DNA of 27,088 bases from a virus (taxonomy: Duplodnaviria; Caudoviricetes). Location of the stretch: positions 1-27,088 of the IMG/VR virus record IMGVR_UViG_3300005611_000167; one strand, written 5' to 3'. Under the pieces are notes generated by a model. It was not told the origin of the DNA and made no database searches. It saw only the letters and a list, made by a program, of their open reading frames with translations. Shown piece by piece: positions 25,827 to 27,088 of this stretch. Position 1 is the stretch's first letter. Each line of letters begins with the position of its first letter. Made by a program: the position numbers and the translations under genes.

Positions 25827-26040
25827 AGTATTTGATTTTCGCTGTGAAAATGGACATACATTTGAAGACTTTGTAGAAGGAGGCGTCACATCCAGTAGGT
25901 GCGGGTGTGGCGCTAACGCTACAAAAATTGCATCAGCTACTCATCATGTACTTGACGGTGCATCTGGAGATTTTCCAGGCAGGCACATGAAGTGGGTGCG
26001 AGAGCATGAGAATGCTGGGCAAACCAAGCAGGAATCCTAG
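25819..26040 (+). CDS. FmdB-like zinc-ribbon protein
   Basis: FDFRC..GH.FE...CGCG. Confidence 0.7.
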   Translation: MIKVFDFRCENGHTFEDFVEGGVTSSRCGCGANATKIASATHHVLDGASGDFPGRHMKWVREHENAGQTKQES

Positions 26041-26091
26041 CGGGCAACTCCTATATTTCTCCACAACCTAATGCGGGCGGGGTAAGTTTTA

Positions 26092-26895
26092 ATGTCACGA
26101 GCGACACTTATTGAAGAGCGTTTGGAAGACGAAACAGAAACAACAGATCAGCTAGAAACCCAAGACTCGATTGAGACTCCTGAAAATCAGGAGCAACCTC
26201 AAGAAAGTCCTGAGCTGCCAGAAAAGTACCGTGGTAAATCTGTCGAAGACCTTGTACAGATGCACCAAGAGCTTGAAAAGTTTTCAGGCAAACAGAGTAC
26301 GGAAGTGGGTGAGCTAAGAAAAGTTGTTGATGATTACATCCAGACACAACTCTCGACACAACAAGCACCTCTAGAACAGCAACAAGACGATGAAAGTGAT
26401 GTTGATTTTTTTGTCGATCCCAAGACTGCTGTTAGTCGAGCTATAGACAATCATCCTAAGATTAGGGAAGCGCAGGCGTATACAGAGCAAGCTAAAAAGC
26501 AAGCAACGCTAGCACAACTTCAACAACGCCACCCAGACATGGAAGCTGTATTGCAGAATCCTAAGTTTGCAGAGTGGATTAAAGGATCAAAAGTCCGAAC
26601 ACAGTTGTTTGTTCAGGCTGACCAACTGTACGATTATGATGCTGCAAACGAATTGTTTAGTCTCTGGAAAGAGAAAAACCAAGCAGTTCAACAGACAGCG
26701 CAAGCTGAAAAAACAGCTCGTAAGAATGCAGTAAAGTCGGCTAATACAGGCAATGCTCGGGGAACGGCAGAGGGATCTCGCAAAAAAGTTTATCGTCGTG
26801 CTGACATTATTAAACTTATGCAAGATGACCCTGATCGCTACATGGCACTACAGCCTGAAATTATGGCAGCCTATGCAGAGAAGAGGGTCAAATAG
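26092..26895 (+). CDS. capsid scaffolding/assembly protein
   Basis: Acidic N-terminus, PEKYRGKS.EDL, helical; directly before capsid gene. Confidence 0.8.
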   Translation: MSRATLIEERLEDETETTDQLETQDSIETPENQEQPQESPELPEKYRGKSVEDLVQMHQELEKFSGKQSTEVGELRKVVDDYIQTQLSTQQAPLEQQQDDESDVDFFVDPKTAVSRAIDNHPKIREAQAYTEQAKKQATLAQLQQRHPDMEAVLQNPKFAEWIKGSKVRTQLFVQADQLYDYDAANELFSLWKEKNQAVQQTAQAEKTARKNAVKSANTGNARGTAEGSRKKVYRRADIIKLMQDDPDRYMALQPEIMAAYAEKRVK

Positions 26896-26912
26896 CCTAA
26901 AGGAGATTTATC

Positions 26913-27088
26913 ATGGCTGGCGAAACCTCTGGTGCCTACTTTACAGCTAATGCTGTAGTAGACAAAACTGCTGCGGGTACTTTCATCCCCGAGATTTGGT
27001 CGGATGAAATTATTGCCGCTTATCAAAAGAACCTGAAGATGGCTCCCCTTGTCAAGCGTCTCGCTATGACTGGCAAGAAGGGTGACGT
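26913..27088 (+). CDS. major capsid protein, 5' partial
   Basis: AAGGAG SD; MAGETSG...FIPEIWSDEIIAAY...KKGD; runs off the window. Confidence 0.85.
   Translation, partial: MAGETSGAYFTANAVVDKTAAGTFIPEIWSDEIIAAYQKNLKMAPLVKRLAMTGKKGD

Overview
This window is about 27 kb of a lytic, T7-related tailed phage genome (podovirus-like, probably marine) with two opposed arms. The minus-strand arm (18224 to 6634) is complete: small early genes, a GP88-family radical-SAM-like protein, a pyrimidine-dimer-glycosylase-like protein, SSB, primase-helicase, HNH, family A DNA polymerase (Tyr762 type), three further nucleases, DUF3310 and a class II (B12-dependent) ribonucleotide reductase. It has no RNA polymerase or integrase. 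The plus-strand arm starts at 19082 with TerS, M15 endolysin, glutaredoxin, a secreted Cys-repeat protein, TerL, portal, four tiny basic proteins, scaffold and the start of the major capsid gene. The distal virion/ejection genes are at 1-6631, so the sequence is circularly permuted and the physical ends probably lie in the non-coding block 18225-19081. The layout resembles Zobellviridae/cobavirus-like phages (inference from gene content). Most notable: three sigma-54 (-24/-12) sites, two fused into a palindrome, among many sigma-70 elements at the presumed genome end; a two-state or pseudoknotted RNA leader before terS; a secreted protein with a three-copy disulfide repeat; a gene fully overprinted across the portal junction; a cluster of protamine-like mini-proteins; and several unannotated coupled membrane micro-peptides. 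Family assignments come from motif recognition by eye, not database searches.
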